64,000 bases of DNA, taken from Bryobacterales bacterium (GTDB lineage Bacteria > Acidobacteriota > Terriglobia > Bryobacterales > UBA6623). A program made the translations under genes and the position numbers. This document shows, one piece after another, positions 47,197 through 54,456 of the stretch. The stretch is from contig CBDCHL010000003.1 of the NCBI GenBank assembly GCA_965217195.1, positions 1,053,260-1,117,259 of the forward strand. The letters run 5' to 3'. Position 1 is the first letter of the stretch. Every line of letters begins with the position of its first letter. The notes beneath the pieces are model-generated. The model was not told where the DNA came from, did not search any database, and saw only the letters and a list, made by a program, of their open reading frames with translations.

Positions 47197-49455
47197 CTAC
47201 GACCAGCTCAAGTCCGTCTTCGAGAGCGGAAGCTCGCGCACCCTCGTCCCCGTAGCGGCGAAAATCGCGTTCGTAATCGCCGGGGCGACGGGCGGTACGC
47301 CGGGTTCGCCCACGCCCGCCGGCGGCGCGTCGTTTTCAACGATGTGAACGTTCGTTTGAACCGGTGCTTCGTTGATGCGCGGCATCAGGTGGTCCATGAA
47401 ATTGCTCTGGACGACGGCGCCGTCCTTGACCGTGATTTCGCTCATCATGGTGAGCCCGGCGCCGAACACGGCCGCGCCTTCCATCTGTGAGATCACGCGG
47501 TCTTTGTTGACATAGAGCCCGCAATCTACCGCCATTTCGACGCGCGGAATGCTCAATTTCCCGGCCTTCGACACATCGACCTCGACGGCCGCCGCCACAT
47601 ACGTCAGAAAGCTGCGGTGGACCGCCAATCCCAGCCCTCGGCCCTTGGGAAGCTTGCGCCCCCAACCGATCTTGTCGGCAGCGAGCTTGAGTGTTGACGC
47701 CAAGCGGCCGGTGTCGACGGGATAGATGTCAAGCGGCTGATCGTAGTTGGGGTATTCCACCTTGCTCATGTCGACATGGCGCGGCTTACCGATCAACTCG
47801 AGCATGTAGTCGAGCGAATCACGCCCCGCCAAGTGTGCCAACTCGTCGGCAAACGAGTGAATAGCGAAAGCATGGTAGATATTCGCCACCGAGCGCAGCC
47901 AGCCGACCCGGACATGGGTTTTCGCGTCGCCGACTTCTACGCGCAGGTTGGGCACTTCGAACGCTACGTCCGAGAAGCCGAGGCCCAATTCGCCCGCCCC
48001 GCCGTGAGCGCTCTTGTCGTCGAAGATCCAGCCGATCGTCGGGAAAACAGTGCGTTGCCGCCAGGCCGTCGGTTTTCCCTTGGAATCGAGGGCGGCTTTC
48101 AAGTTGAGCGCCGCGCAAGCGTGGTAGTAGTCGTGGCGCATGTCGTCTTCACGCGTCCAGATCACGCGCACCGGCACATCGCCCAGCTTCCGCGACAGAA
48201 TCGCCGCCTCGGCGCAATAGTCGGGTTTTGACTTGCGTCCGAAACCGCCTCCGAGCAGAGTGACGTTGCAGACGACGTTCTTCTTGTCCACACCGAGCGC
48301 CTTGGCCATCTCATCCCGCGCGGCTTGCGGATTTTGCGTCGGCGCCCACGCCTCGCACTTGTCGCCGCTCACCTTCGCAAGCGCCGAAACCGGTTCCATG
48401 GCGGCGTGCGCCAAGTGCGGAGTGTAGTATTCCGCCTCGTGCGTCTTCGCGTCGGACGAAAAAACCTTGTCGACATCGCCTTCCTCGCGAATTACCGTAC
48501 CGGGTTTCCGGGCGGTTTCTTCAATCTGCTTGCGGAAGGTGTCTGAGTTGTAGACGGTGTTCCCACCCTTGTCCCACTCGATCTTGAGCTTCTTACGTCC
48601 TTGAAAGACCGCCCAGGTGCTGTTGCCAATGACTGCCACGCCGCCCAGCGCCTGGAAGCCGTAGGGAGGCTTCGCCGCCGGGATCTCAACGACCTTCTCG
48701 ACGCCCGCTACCTTGAGGGCGGCTTTCCCGTCGAACGACTTTACTTTGCCGCCGACCACCGGGCAGTGCTCGATGCTCGCGAACTTCATGCCGTCGAGCT
48801 TCACGTCGAGGCCGAACTTCCCCCTGCCGGTGACGATGTCGCCGAGGTCCGTGACCGACATTCCAGTTCCGACGTAACGCCAATCCTTCTTGTCCTTGAA
48901 AGTAAGCTCTTCTTCCGCCGGAACAGGCAGAACCGCCGCGGCCTTGGCCAACGCGCCGAAGCCCAGCTTCTTACCCGATTTGTGGACGACAAAGTGATTC
49001 TTGGCCGTGCACTCGTCGGCGCTGACGGCCCAGCGTTTGGCTGCAGCGCTTTCGAGCATTTGGCGGGCCGAAGCGCCGGCGACGCGCATGGTCTGATAGA
49101 AATTGCGGACCGAGCGCGAACCATCGGTGTTCTGCGAGCCGTATTTCTCGTCGCCAATGGCTTGCTCGATCGAAACCCGCTTCCAATCGGCTTCCATCTC
49201 ATCGGCGATGATCACCGGCAGACTGGTACGGCTGCCGGTACCCATCTCGGAACGGTGCGCCACAATCGTAAGGTCGCCGTTTTCTTGGATGGCGAGCCAA
49301 ACGTTGGGCTTGAATAGCGAATCGGCGTGCGACCCGCTCTCGGCGGCCGCCGCGCGGAGCGGCTCGGGGATGATCTGCATGCCGAGCACGAAGCCGCCCG
49401 CGCCGGCAAGACCTTTGAGGAATCCTCTGCGACTGACGTTTTCGATCCTATTCAT
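47197..49455 (-). CDS. Molybdopterin-binding subunit of a xanthine-dehydrogenase-family aldehyde/N-heterocycle oxidoreductase (IorB-like)
   Basis: ATG 49453-49455 gives a Tat leader ([21 protein letters not shown]). The product shows colinearity with the membrane-associated IorB / aldehyde dehydrogenase large subunits. It overlaps the upstream small-subunit stop (ATGA). Confidence 0.9.
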   Translation of the reverse strand: MNRIENVSRRGFLKGLAGAGGFVLGMQIIPEPLRAAAAESGSHADSLFKPNVWLAIQENGDLTIVAHRSEMGTGSRTSLPVIIADEMEADWKRVSIEQAIGDEKYGSQNTDGSRSVRNFYQTMRVAGASARQMLESAAAKRWAVSADECTAKNHFVVHKSGKKLGFGALAKAAAVLPVPAEEELTFKDKKDWRYVGTGMSVTDLGDIVTGRGKFGLDVKLDGMKFASIEHCPVVGGKVKSFDGKAALKVAGVEKVVEIPAAKPPYGFQALGGVAVIGNSTWAVFQGRKKLKIEWDKGGNTVYNSDTFRKQIEETARKPGTVIREEGDVDKVFSSDAKTHEAEYYTPHLAHAAMEPVSALAKVSGDKCEAWAPTQNPQAARDEMAKALGVDKKNVVCNVTLLGGGFGRKSKPDYCAEAAILSRKLGDVPVRVIWTREDDMRHDYYHACAALNLKAALDSKGKPTAWRQRTVFPTIGWIFDDKSAHGGAGELGLGFSDVAFEVPNLRVEVGDAKTHVRVGWLRSVANIYHAFAIHSFADELAHLAGRDSLDYMLELIGKPRHVDMSKVEYPNYDQPLDIYPVDTGRLASTLKLAADKIGWGRKLPKGRGLGLAVHRSFLTYVAAAVEVDVSKAGKLSIPRVEMAVDCGLYVNKDRVISQMEGAAVFGAGLTMMSEITVKDGAVVQSNFMDHLMPRINEAPVQTNVHIVENDAPPAGVGEPGVPPVAPAITNAIFAATGTRVRELPLSKTDLSWS

Positions 49456-49907
49456 GCCAATTCCTCCGCCGCTGTCTTTATCGCCGCGCGAATGCGCTGA
49501 TACGTTCCGCAACGGCAAATATTGCCGCTCATCGCGCTGTCGATCTCGTCATCGTTGGGTTTGCTGTTGTCGGCCAGCAGCGCCGCCGCGGACATGATCT
49601 GTCCCGGCTGGCAGTAGCCGCATTGCGGAACATCATGTTCCATCCAGGCCTTTTGAACGACGTGGCTGCCGTCTTTACTCAGGCCCTCGATCGTGGTGAT
49701 CTCAGTCCCCTCCAAACTGCCGACGGTCGTAATGCAAGAGCGCACCGCCGCGCCGTTTTGGTGGACGGTACACGCGCCGCAAAGGCCGACGCCGCAACCG
49801 AACTTCGAGCCGGTCAGCCCGAGTTCGTCGCGCAGGTACCACAACAAGGGTGTTTGCGGGTCGCCGTCAAATTGCCGAGCGACGCCGTTGACTCGAAGTT
49901 TAATCAT
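49452..49907 (-). CDS. (2Fe-2S)-binding small subunit of the molybdenum hydroxylase (IorA-like)
   Basis: MIKLRVNG start at ATG 49905-49907. Two 2Fe-2S cluster motifs are present ([11 protein letters not shown] and CGYCQPG ... CRCGTY). Confidence 0.9.
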   Translation of the reverse strand: MIKLRVNGVARQFDGDPQTPLLWYLRDELGLTGSKFGCGVGLCGACTVHQNGAAVRSCITTVGSLEGTEITTIEGLSKDGSHVVQKAWMEHDVPQCGYCQPGQIMSAAALLADNSKPNDDEIDSAMSGNICRCGTYQRIRAAIKTAAEELA

Positions 49908-50407
49908 GGTGGACACCGTAAAAGCGGAATAGGGGTGATTGTAGCAGGGACGCGGGTTTCGGAGTTGGCCGCGGACGGGAAGAAACAGGAACAACGCGGG
50001 AACAAGCCGTTCGTGGGCGTTTCTGAAGATGGCCGCTCGGGGCGACGAGACGACGGGTCTCTGATTTGGTTCAGCAATTCTTGGTAAACTTCACGGCTGC
50101 AACCCGCTTCTTCTCTGGGTGGAGGGAGTGACGTGAGGGAATCCAGGGGGTCCACCCGTGCCATGAGAACGCGGTCAGCGGCTCCTTTGTTTCCTTGGGC
50201 CATCCGGCCCCCGAACCGGACTCCGCACCCGAGTCACCGCTTCCGGCGCTAGCGTGTCGCCTTTCGCCTAAAAAAGGCGACACGCCCTGGCCCGGCAGTG
50301 CGAAAACCATTGCATCGCAGCCGGGGGGCGGCTATCCTATCCGTGCCAGGATGTCCAAAATGGAAATCTTGGCAAAACCCAACCTGACGAAAAGGAGAAG
50401 TAAGACT

Positions 50408-50917
50408 ATGCGAAGAACCACAATACGACCAAAGCGGTTAGGCCTCGTCGTCGTCTTGACGCTGGCGCTCATCGTGGCGTTTTCTGGCCTTTGGCCGGAC
50501 CCGGTTAAAGGCGACCAGATAGTGACCGTCGAGATTCGCAGCGGGTCCATCGGCGTAGGCCCGGCTCAGTTGATGGAGTTCGTCGTGCTCAACCCCTGTG
50601 AAAGCTCGGCTGCTACGGTCCTCATGCAGTTCATCGACGCCGTAACTGGGGAGGTGCATAGAACCTTCGAGGGTGAGATTCAACCGGGAAAAGGTTTCAG
50701 GCGGAAAATATTCGAGGGTGTCGGCAATCCTGCGGAGAGGCGAAATATTCGCGTGACAGTAAAAATAACCTGTGAAGGGAAATTCGCCAAAGGATGCAAT
50801 TTTCTCTCATTATCGCTCGTCGGCGACGATATATTAGAGGTTACCGTTACGAGTAACAGTGACTTTAGTTATTCGGGGAACGCGCCTTTTTCGTGTCGTG
50901 TACCACTGGAACAGTAA
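50408..50917 (+). CDS. Small secreted/anchored protein, no recognisable family
   Basis: AAGGAG Shine-Dalgarno (50392-50397) 10 nt upstream of ATG 50408. It has an Arg-rich n-region plus a hydrophobic segment (RLGLVVVLTLALIVAF). G+C is locally low (23/60 at 50761-50820 by my count). The track start at 50195 is unsupported. Confidence 0.5.
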   Translation: MRRTTIRPKRLGLVVVLTLALIVAFSGLWPDPVKGDQIVTVEIRSGSIGVGPAQLMEFVVLNPCESSAATVLMQFIDAVTGEVHRTFEGEIQPGKGFRRKIFEGVGNPAERRNIRVTVKITCEGKFAKGCNFLSLSLVGDDILEVTVTSNSDFSYSGNAPFSCRVPLEQ

Positions 50918-51033
50918 ACAGAGTCGTCGGCACATATACCTGTGCATAACCAGGTCCCTATCCACCGGACCCAGCGTTGCACGTACACGCCAAGCCGGGC
51001 GGAGCGCAAGTTCTGCTCCACCGGCTCTTGCTC

Positions 51034-51220
51034 GTGGAGATCGTGGAGATCGGGGGGGGAGATCGGGGGAGATCGGGGGAGATCGGGGGAGATCGGGGGA
51101 GATCGGTGACAGGCAGCTAACTATGCTAAGAGATCGGCAAGAGATCGGTCAGAGATCGGTGACAGAGATCGGGACAGAGAATCGGTAAGAGAATCGGTGA
51201 CAGGCAGCTAACTATGCTAA
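51034..51220. repeat. Left tandem array, GAGATCGG core on the + strand (about 11 GATC-containing units plus 2 degenerate GAGAATCGG units)
   Basis: Units: gtggagatc x2 (51034-51051), a 13-mer, four perfect decamers gggggagatc (51065-51104), then longer units. The block ggtgacaggcagctaactatgctaa occurs twice, 91 bp apart (51105-51129, 51196-51220). Confidence 0.9.
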
Positions 51221-51237
51221 TCTGACCTCACCACCAC

Positions 51238-51930
51238 ATGTCACGCCAAGCCCGGGTGGTGGCGGAGGGCGTTCCGCACCACATCACCCAACGGGGCAAC
51301 AACCGCCAGGACGTCTTCCTGCTCGACGAAGACCGGCGGTTCTACATCGAAGCTTTACGCGCGCAATCCGAGCAGCACGGCCTGGCCATCTTGGGCTACT
51401 GCCTGATGACGAACCACGTCCATTTGGTCGCCATACCGAAGCACGCGACGTCGCTCGCCCGAGCGGTCGGCCGCGCCCATTGGCGCTACTCAGTTCGCTT
51501 CAACAAACAATACGGCCGAAACGGTCATTTGTGGCAGAACCGGCTTTATTCCTGTCCCTTAGGCCCCACACACCTTGTCACGGCGTTGGCCTATGTCGAC
51601 CTGAATCCGGTCCGCGCGTGCATAGTCGGCGAAGGACCCGAGTACCCTTGGTCGAGCGCCTCGGCGCATTGCGGAGACGCCATGAGCGACCGCCTGATCG
51701 ACCCCGGGGAATGGCACCGGATGGGCTTGGCGAGCGATTGGGAACAACGTTTGCGAGCCGAGTCGACGGGCGAGGGCGCCGCCGAAGTGCGGCAAGCGAC
51801 CTATTCCGGGCTGCCGTTGGGCGACGAGCAATTCATCGAACAGATGGAAGCGCGACAGGGCAGGCGCTTGCGGCCGCTCCCTCCAGGGCCCGCGCCGAAG
51901 GTGCTGAAATCCGCCGCCGGAGGCATGTGA
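51238..51930 (+). CDS. Y1 HUH transposase, REP-associated tyrosine transposase (RAYT) / IS200-like family
   Basis: 230 aa with PHHITQRGNNRQDVF, an HUH motif in MTNHVHLVA, and catalytic-Tyr context ALAYVDLNPVRA followed by YPWSS. This is the pattern of COG1943-type transposases. Confidence 0.85.
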   Translation: MSRQARVVAEGVPHHITQRGNNRQDVFLLDEDRRFYIEALRAQSEQHGLAILGYCLMTNHVHLVAIPKHATSLARAVGRAHWRYSVRFNKQYGRNGHLWQNRLYSCPLGPTHLVTALAYVDLNPVRACIVGEGPEYPWSSASAHCGDAMSDRLIDPGEWHRMGLASDWEQRLRAESTGEGAAEVRQATYSGLPLGDEQFIEQMEARQGRRLRPLPPGPAPKVLKSAAGGM

Positions 51931-52043
51931 CCTGGGTTACGTGGCTGTCACCGATCTCTGCTCCCTCCAGGGCCCGCGCCGAAGGTGCTGAAATCCGCCG
52001 CCGGAGGCATGTGACCTGGGTTACGTGGCTGTCACCGATCTCT
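51876..52043 (+). repeat. Perfect 84-bp tandem duplication (2 copies) spanning the 3' end of the transposase CDS and the right inverted repeat
   Basis: 51876-51959 is identical base-for-base to 51960-52043 by my reading. Copy 1 contains the last 55 nt of the CDS, including TGA 51928-51930. Confidence 0.9.
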
Positions 52044-52234
52044 CCGCCGATCTCTCCCGATCTCTCTCACCGATCTCTCCCGATCTCTCACCGATCTCCC
52101 CTCACCGATCTCCCCTCACCGATCTCCCCTCACCGATCTCCCCCACCGATCTCCCCACCGATCTCCCGTCCCCCGATCTCCCGTCCCGATCTCCCACCGA
52201 TCTCCGCCGATCTCCGGACTTTCTCCGATCTCGG
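52020..52234. repeat. Right tandem array, CCGATCTC core on the + strand (reverse complement of the left-array core; about 16 units here plus one at 51951)
   Basis: Periods are 10-14 nt. Three perfect 14-mers caccgatctcccct sit at 52089-52130. The last unit ccgatctcgg is at 52225-52234, 41 nt before the HEPN gene stop. Confidence 0.9.
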
Positions 52235-52274
52235 TCAGCAGGTCTCTGCGAGCCCCGCGCTGGGGAACTCTGGC

Positions 52275-52856
52275 TCACTCCATGAGCCTAAACCAATCTC
52301 GGACGGCAAGCCGAAGGCGCATCACCTCATCCTCCGCCAAGGGACTGCAGTGGGCAATTGGGGCTCTCAGGGCATTGAGGCTTGTCATAACCTTGTCAAA
52401 GGCTTTGCTGCTGTTGAATAGGTCGAAGCTAGCCCAATTCGCTCGCACTATCTCCCCGAGTTGGCCAAAGGTCGTGTAGTCGATTTCCTCCGTGGAGCGC
52501 GGGGTCAGACCCGCATCCAGCTCGCCCTGCATCGTTTTCTGGACTTTGTCCTGAACCGCATCGGGAACCTGCGTATCCCACCAAGTCGAACCGTGGTCTT
52601 CGTCAAGTCGAGCTGCGATGAGAGTCCGGATCCACGTTTCAAGACAGTAGAACAGCTCGTAGTGCATGCTCATTGTCGCGGCTTCCGCTCGCACTGACTG
52701 GGGAAACTGCGGGTAATAGGCTTCGTCGCGGTCAGTGGACATCTCGCCAGAGTCCCGCTCCAGGTTAATGTTGAACCGCTTCTCGACCGCATCGAGATCG
52801 CGCTCGGCCATGCGGTTGGATATTTCGAAGAGCTTAATCTGATCAGCAGCAGTCAT
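52275..52856 (-). CDS. Swt1-type HEPN-domain protein (putative RNase toxin/effector)
   Basis: 193 aa. The C-terminal two-thirds fits my recollection of the Swt1-like HEPN pattern (LETWIRTLIAARL, STWWD, IDYTTFGQLGEIV, NWASF, LNALRAPIAH) with an Rx4H motif (RAPIAH). ATG 52854-52856 overlaps the upstream stop. Confidence 0.65.
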   Translation of the reverse strand: MTAADQIKLFEISNRMAERDLDAVEKRFNINLERDSGEMSTDRDEAYYPQFPQSVRAEAATMSMHYELFYCLETWIRTLIAARLDEDHGSTWWDTQVPDAVQDKVQKTMQGELDAGLTPRSTEEIDYTTFGQLGEIVRANWASFDLFNSSKAFDKVMTSLNALRAPIAHCSPLAEDEVMRLRLAVRDWFRLME

Positions 52857-53479
52857 TTTCGTAGGAGGTTTTCGCGTAAGCTTTGAAAAATTGCGTTGAA
52901 GACCGCCCCATCGTCGGTCTTGGGCAGCACGAGGTTAATCGTATATGACAGATTCACCTTCATGTCCTGATCCGAAAGAATTGGGGGCTTGTCCATGACA
53001 GCGCCGCGCTCGGGTGCGGCCACCTTTTTGGCGGGCTTCGCTGCCTCGAAATCGGCGAACCTCTTCAATGCCTCGAAGGTGCTACAAATGCGTTTTACGG
53101 TGACGTTATCGCTCTTGAGACCGGTAATCTGCATGACCAGGCCCTTTAGATCTGCCCTGGCGAGCTTGTGAACGTATTCGTTACGCGCGTAGAGTTCCGG
53201 ATAGGCCGCCCTCATGCCTTCGGCAACCGCGTGCTTAGACTGTTGGGGGTTTCGGAAGCGACTGTGGCGGTCCGTTGGCTTACCGTCGCTGCTTAGCAAG
53301 CCGAGACGTTTGGCGACGGGAATGAACGCCAAAGCGCTCGCTGTCTTGAATCCGAGAACTGTCTTGAGAAAGTCCTGCGTGAAACGTTCGGGTTCCTGAG
53401 CTTCCTTCACTTTGTTGAGGATGTGTTCCAACATCCCGTACGAGGCCATATAGAGCGGAGTCTCGGATTGTCTTGCCAT
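52853..53479 (-). CDS. DUF5343-like protein (no catalytic motif seen; candidate partner/antitoxin/sensor of the HEPN protein)
   Basis: 208 aa. The N-terminus (PLYMASYGMLEHILNKVKEAQEPERFTQDFLKTVLGFKTASALAFIPVAKRLGLLSSDGKPTD) resembles the DUF5343 family as I recall it. The C-terminal tail reads VNLSYTINLVLPKTDDGAVFNAIFQSLRENL. ATG 53477-53479. Confidence 0.5.
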   Translation of the reverse strand: MARQSETPLYMASYGMLEHILNKVKEAQEPERFTQDFLKTVLGFKTASALAFIPVAKRLGLLSSDGKPTDRHSRFRNPQQSKHAVAEGMRAAYPELYARNEYVHKLARADLKGLVMQITGLKSDNVTVKRICSTFEALKRFADFEAAKPAKKVAAPERGAVMDKPPILSDQDMKVNLSYTINLVLPKTDDGAVFNAIFQSLRENLLRK

Positions 53480-53499
53480 TTGATGTTTATTGTAGTCCT

Positions 53500-53537
53500 C
53501 TCACCAAATTATGGCTTCCTGTGAGGGTTTTGGTGAG
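53500..53537. promoter_or_regulatory. 9-bp perfect inverted repeat just upstream of the DUF5343-HEPN operon (candidate operator)
   Basis: ctcaccaaa (53500-53508) and tttggtgag (53529-53537) are separated by 20 nt and lie 21-58 nt upstream of the ATG at 53479. A TACAAT hexamer on the minus strand (complement of 53489-53494) lies between it and the start codon. Confidence 0.4.
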
Positions 53538-53580
53538 TTCGGGCCCACACAAGACAGTCCTGTCGGGAGATCGGGCTCCG

Positions 53581-53623
53581 GTTTCCCGGTGTTTCCCGCC
53601 GTTTTCCCGGGTCCGGTTTCCCG
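53581..53623. repeat. Four direct GTTTCCCG-core repeats (three in 10-nt phase)
   Basis: gtttcccg at 53581, 53591 and 53616, and gttttcccg at 53601. An inverted degenerate copy cggaaac is at 53648-53654. They are immediately preceded by a solitary gggagatcggg (53565-53575) carrying the core of the transposase-flanking arrays. Confidence 0.7.
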
Positions 53624-53668
53624 GTTCGCATTAGGGTGTTGTTGAGGCGGAAACGTTGCGTGGGTTGC

Positions 53669-54313
53669 TCAGGAGTCTAGGCCGTCGTCCCGCGTAATCA
53701 AGTACACGGCAATCTCAGCCCGCAGGTTGGGCAGCAGCCGCACCGGCCGTCCTCGCAACAAAAAGTAAGACCGCTCGATCTTCAGCCCAAGCTTCCGCAA
53801 GGTCTCCTCGAAGTCGATGATCGTCACGAAGTGAATATTCGGCGAATCGTACCACTCGTAGGGCAGGTGGCGCGTCTTGGGGGCGCGGCCCGAAACCATC
53901 AGAGAAAGCGGAACCGACCACCGCGCGAAATTCGGAAAGGCGACGATCATCCGCTTGGCGACCCGGCCCATCTCTTCGAGAACATCGCGCGGACGAAGAG
54001 TCTCCTGCATCGTCTGGCTCAGGATCACGTAGTCGAAACACTGATCCGGGTAGTCGGCCAGCCCCTGATCGATATCACCTTGAAAGACGGAGAGCCCGCG
54101 GGCCACGCACTTGCGGACTTCGTCGGGCGAGATCTCGACGCCGCGCGCCTGCACGTTCTTGCGCTCGACCAGCCAATCGAGCAACTCGCCTTCGCCGCAA
54201 CCCAGGTCAAGGACTTTCGAGCCTTCCTCGACAAGTTCGCCGATGATTTCGTAGTCCCGGCGTCCGAGAACGTCGGGGACAACGCGGCTCAATGTTGCTT
54301 CAAGCGTGGCCAT
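53669..54313 (-). CDS. metW: Methionine biosynthesis protein MetW (SAM-methyltransferase fold)
   Basis: VLDLGCGEGELL, GVEISPDEV, VILSQTMQE and PNFARW...GRAPKT...LPYEWYDSPNIHF are highly characteristic of MetW. ATG 54311-54313 is preferred over TTG 54340. Confidence 0.88.
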   Translation of the reverse strand: MATLEATLSRVVPDVLGRRDYEIIGELVEEGSKVLDLGCGEGELLDWLVERKNVQARGVEISPDEVRKCVARGLSVFQGDIDQGLADYPDQCFDYVILSQTMQETLRPRDVLEEMGRVAKRMIVAFPNFARWSVPLSLMVSGRAPKTRHLPYEWYDSPNIHFVTIIDFEETLRKLGLKIERSYFLLRGRPVRLLPNLRAEIAVYLITRDDGLDS

Positions 54314-54456
54314 GGGAAACCTTACGGGCCATTCTCTCAATTATAGTTGCGTGATTGCGGCCGACGAGCGGACACAGCTCGTTAGGGGGTGTCGGCGGGC
54401 CGGCGCGACGATCGGGCAAAACAATTTAAAGCCCTGCTTTGCTACGATTCCGACAA

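Larger units (their letters stand above)
51034..52234. mobile_element. Y1-transposase (RAYT/IS200-like) unit with inverted 23-nt ends, both duplicated, embedded in mirror-image GAGATCGG-core tandem arrays
   Basis: Left end gagatcggtgacaggcagctaac (51099-51121; degenerate second copy 51189-51212). Right end gttacgtggctgtcaccgatctc (51936-51958 and 52020-52042). The reverse complement of the right end matches the left end at 20/23 positions. See the repeat features and findings. Confidence 0.6.

Noticed and set aside
51034-52234. Possible CRISPR array because of many short direct repeats
   Set aside because: Repeat periods are only 9-14 nt with no unique spacers between units. The two arrays are inverted relative to each other around a transposase gene, and no cas genes are present.
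51480-52421. 313-aa plus-strand ORF ending in a PISP/DLS-type repeat protein
   Set aside because: It is out of frame within the transposase gene. It then simply translates the 84-bp duplication and the CCGATCTC microsatellite. The repeat peptide is a by-product of the DNA repeat, with no start context.
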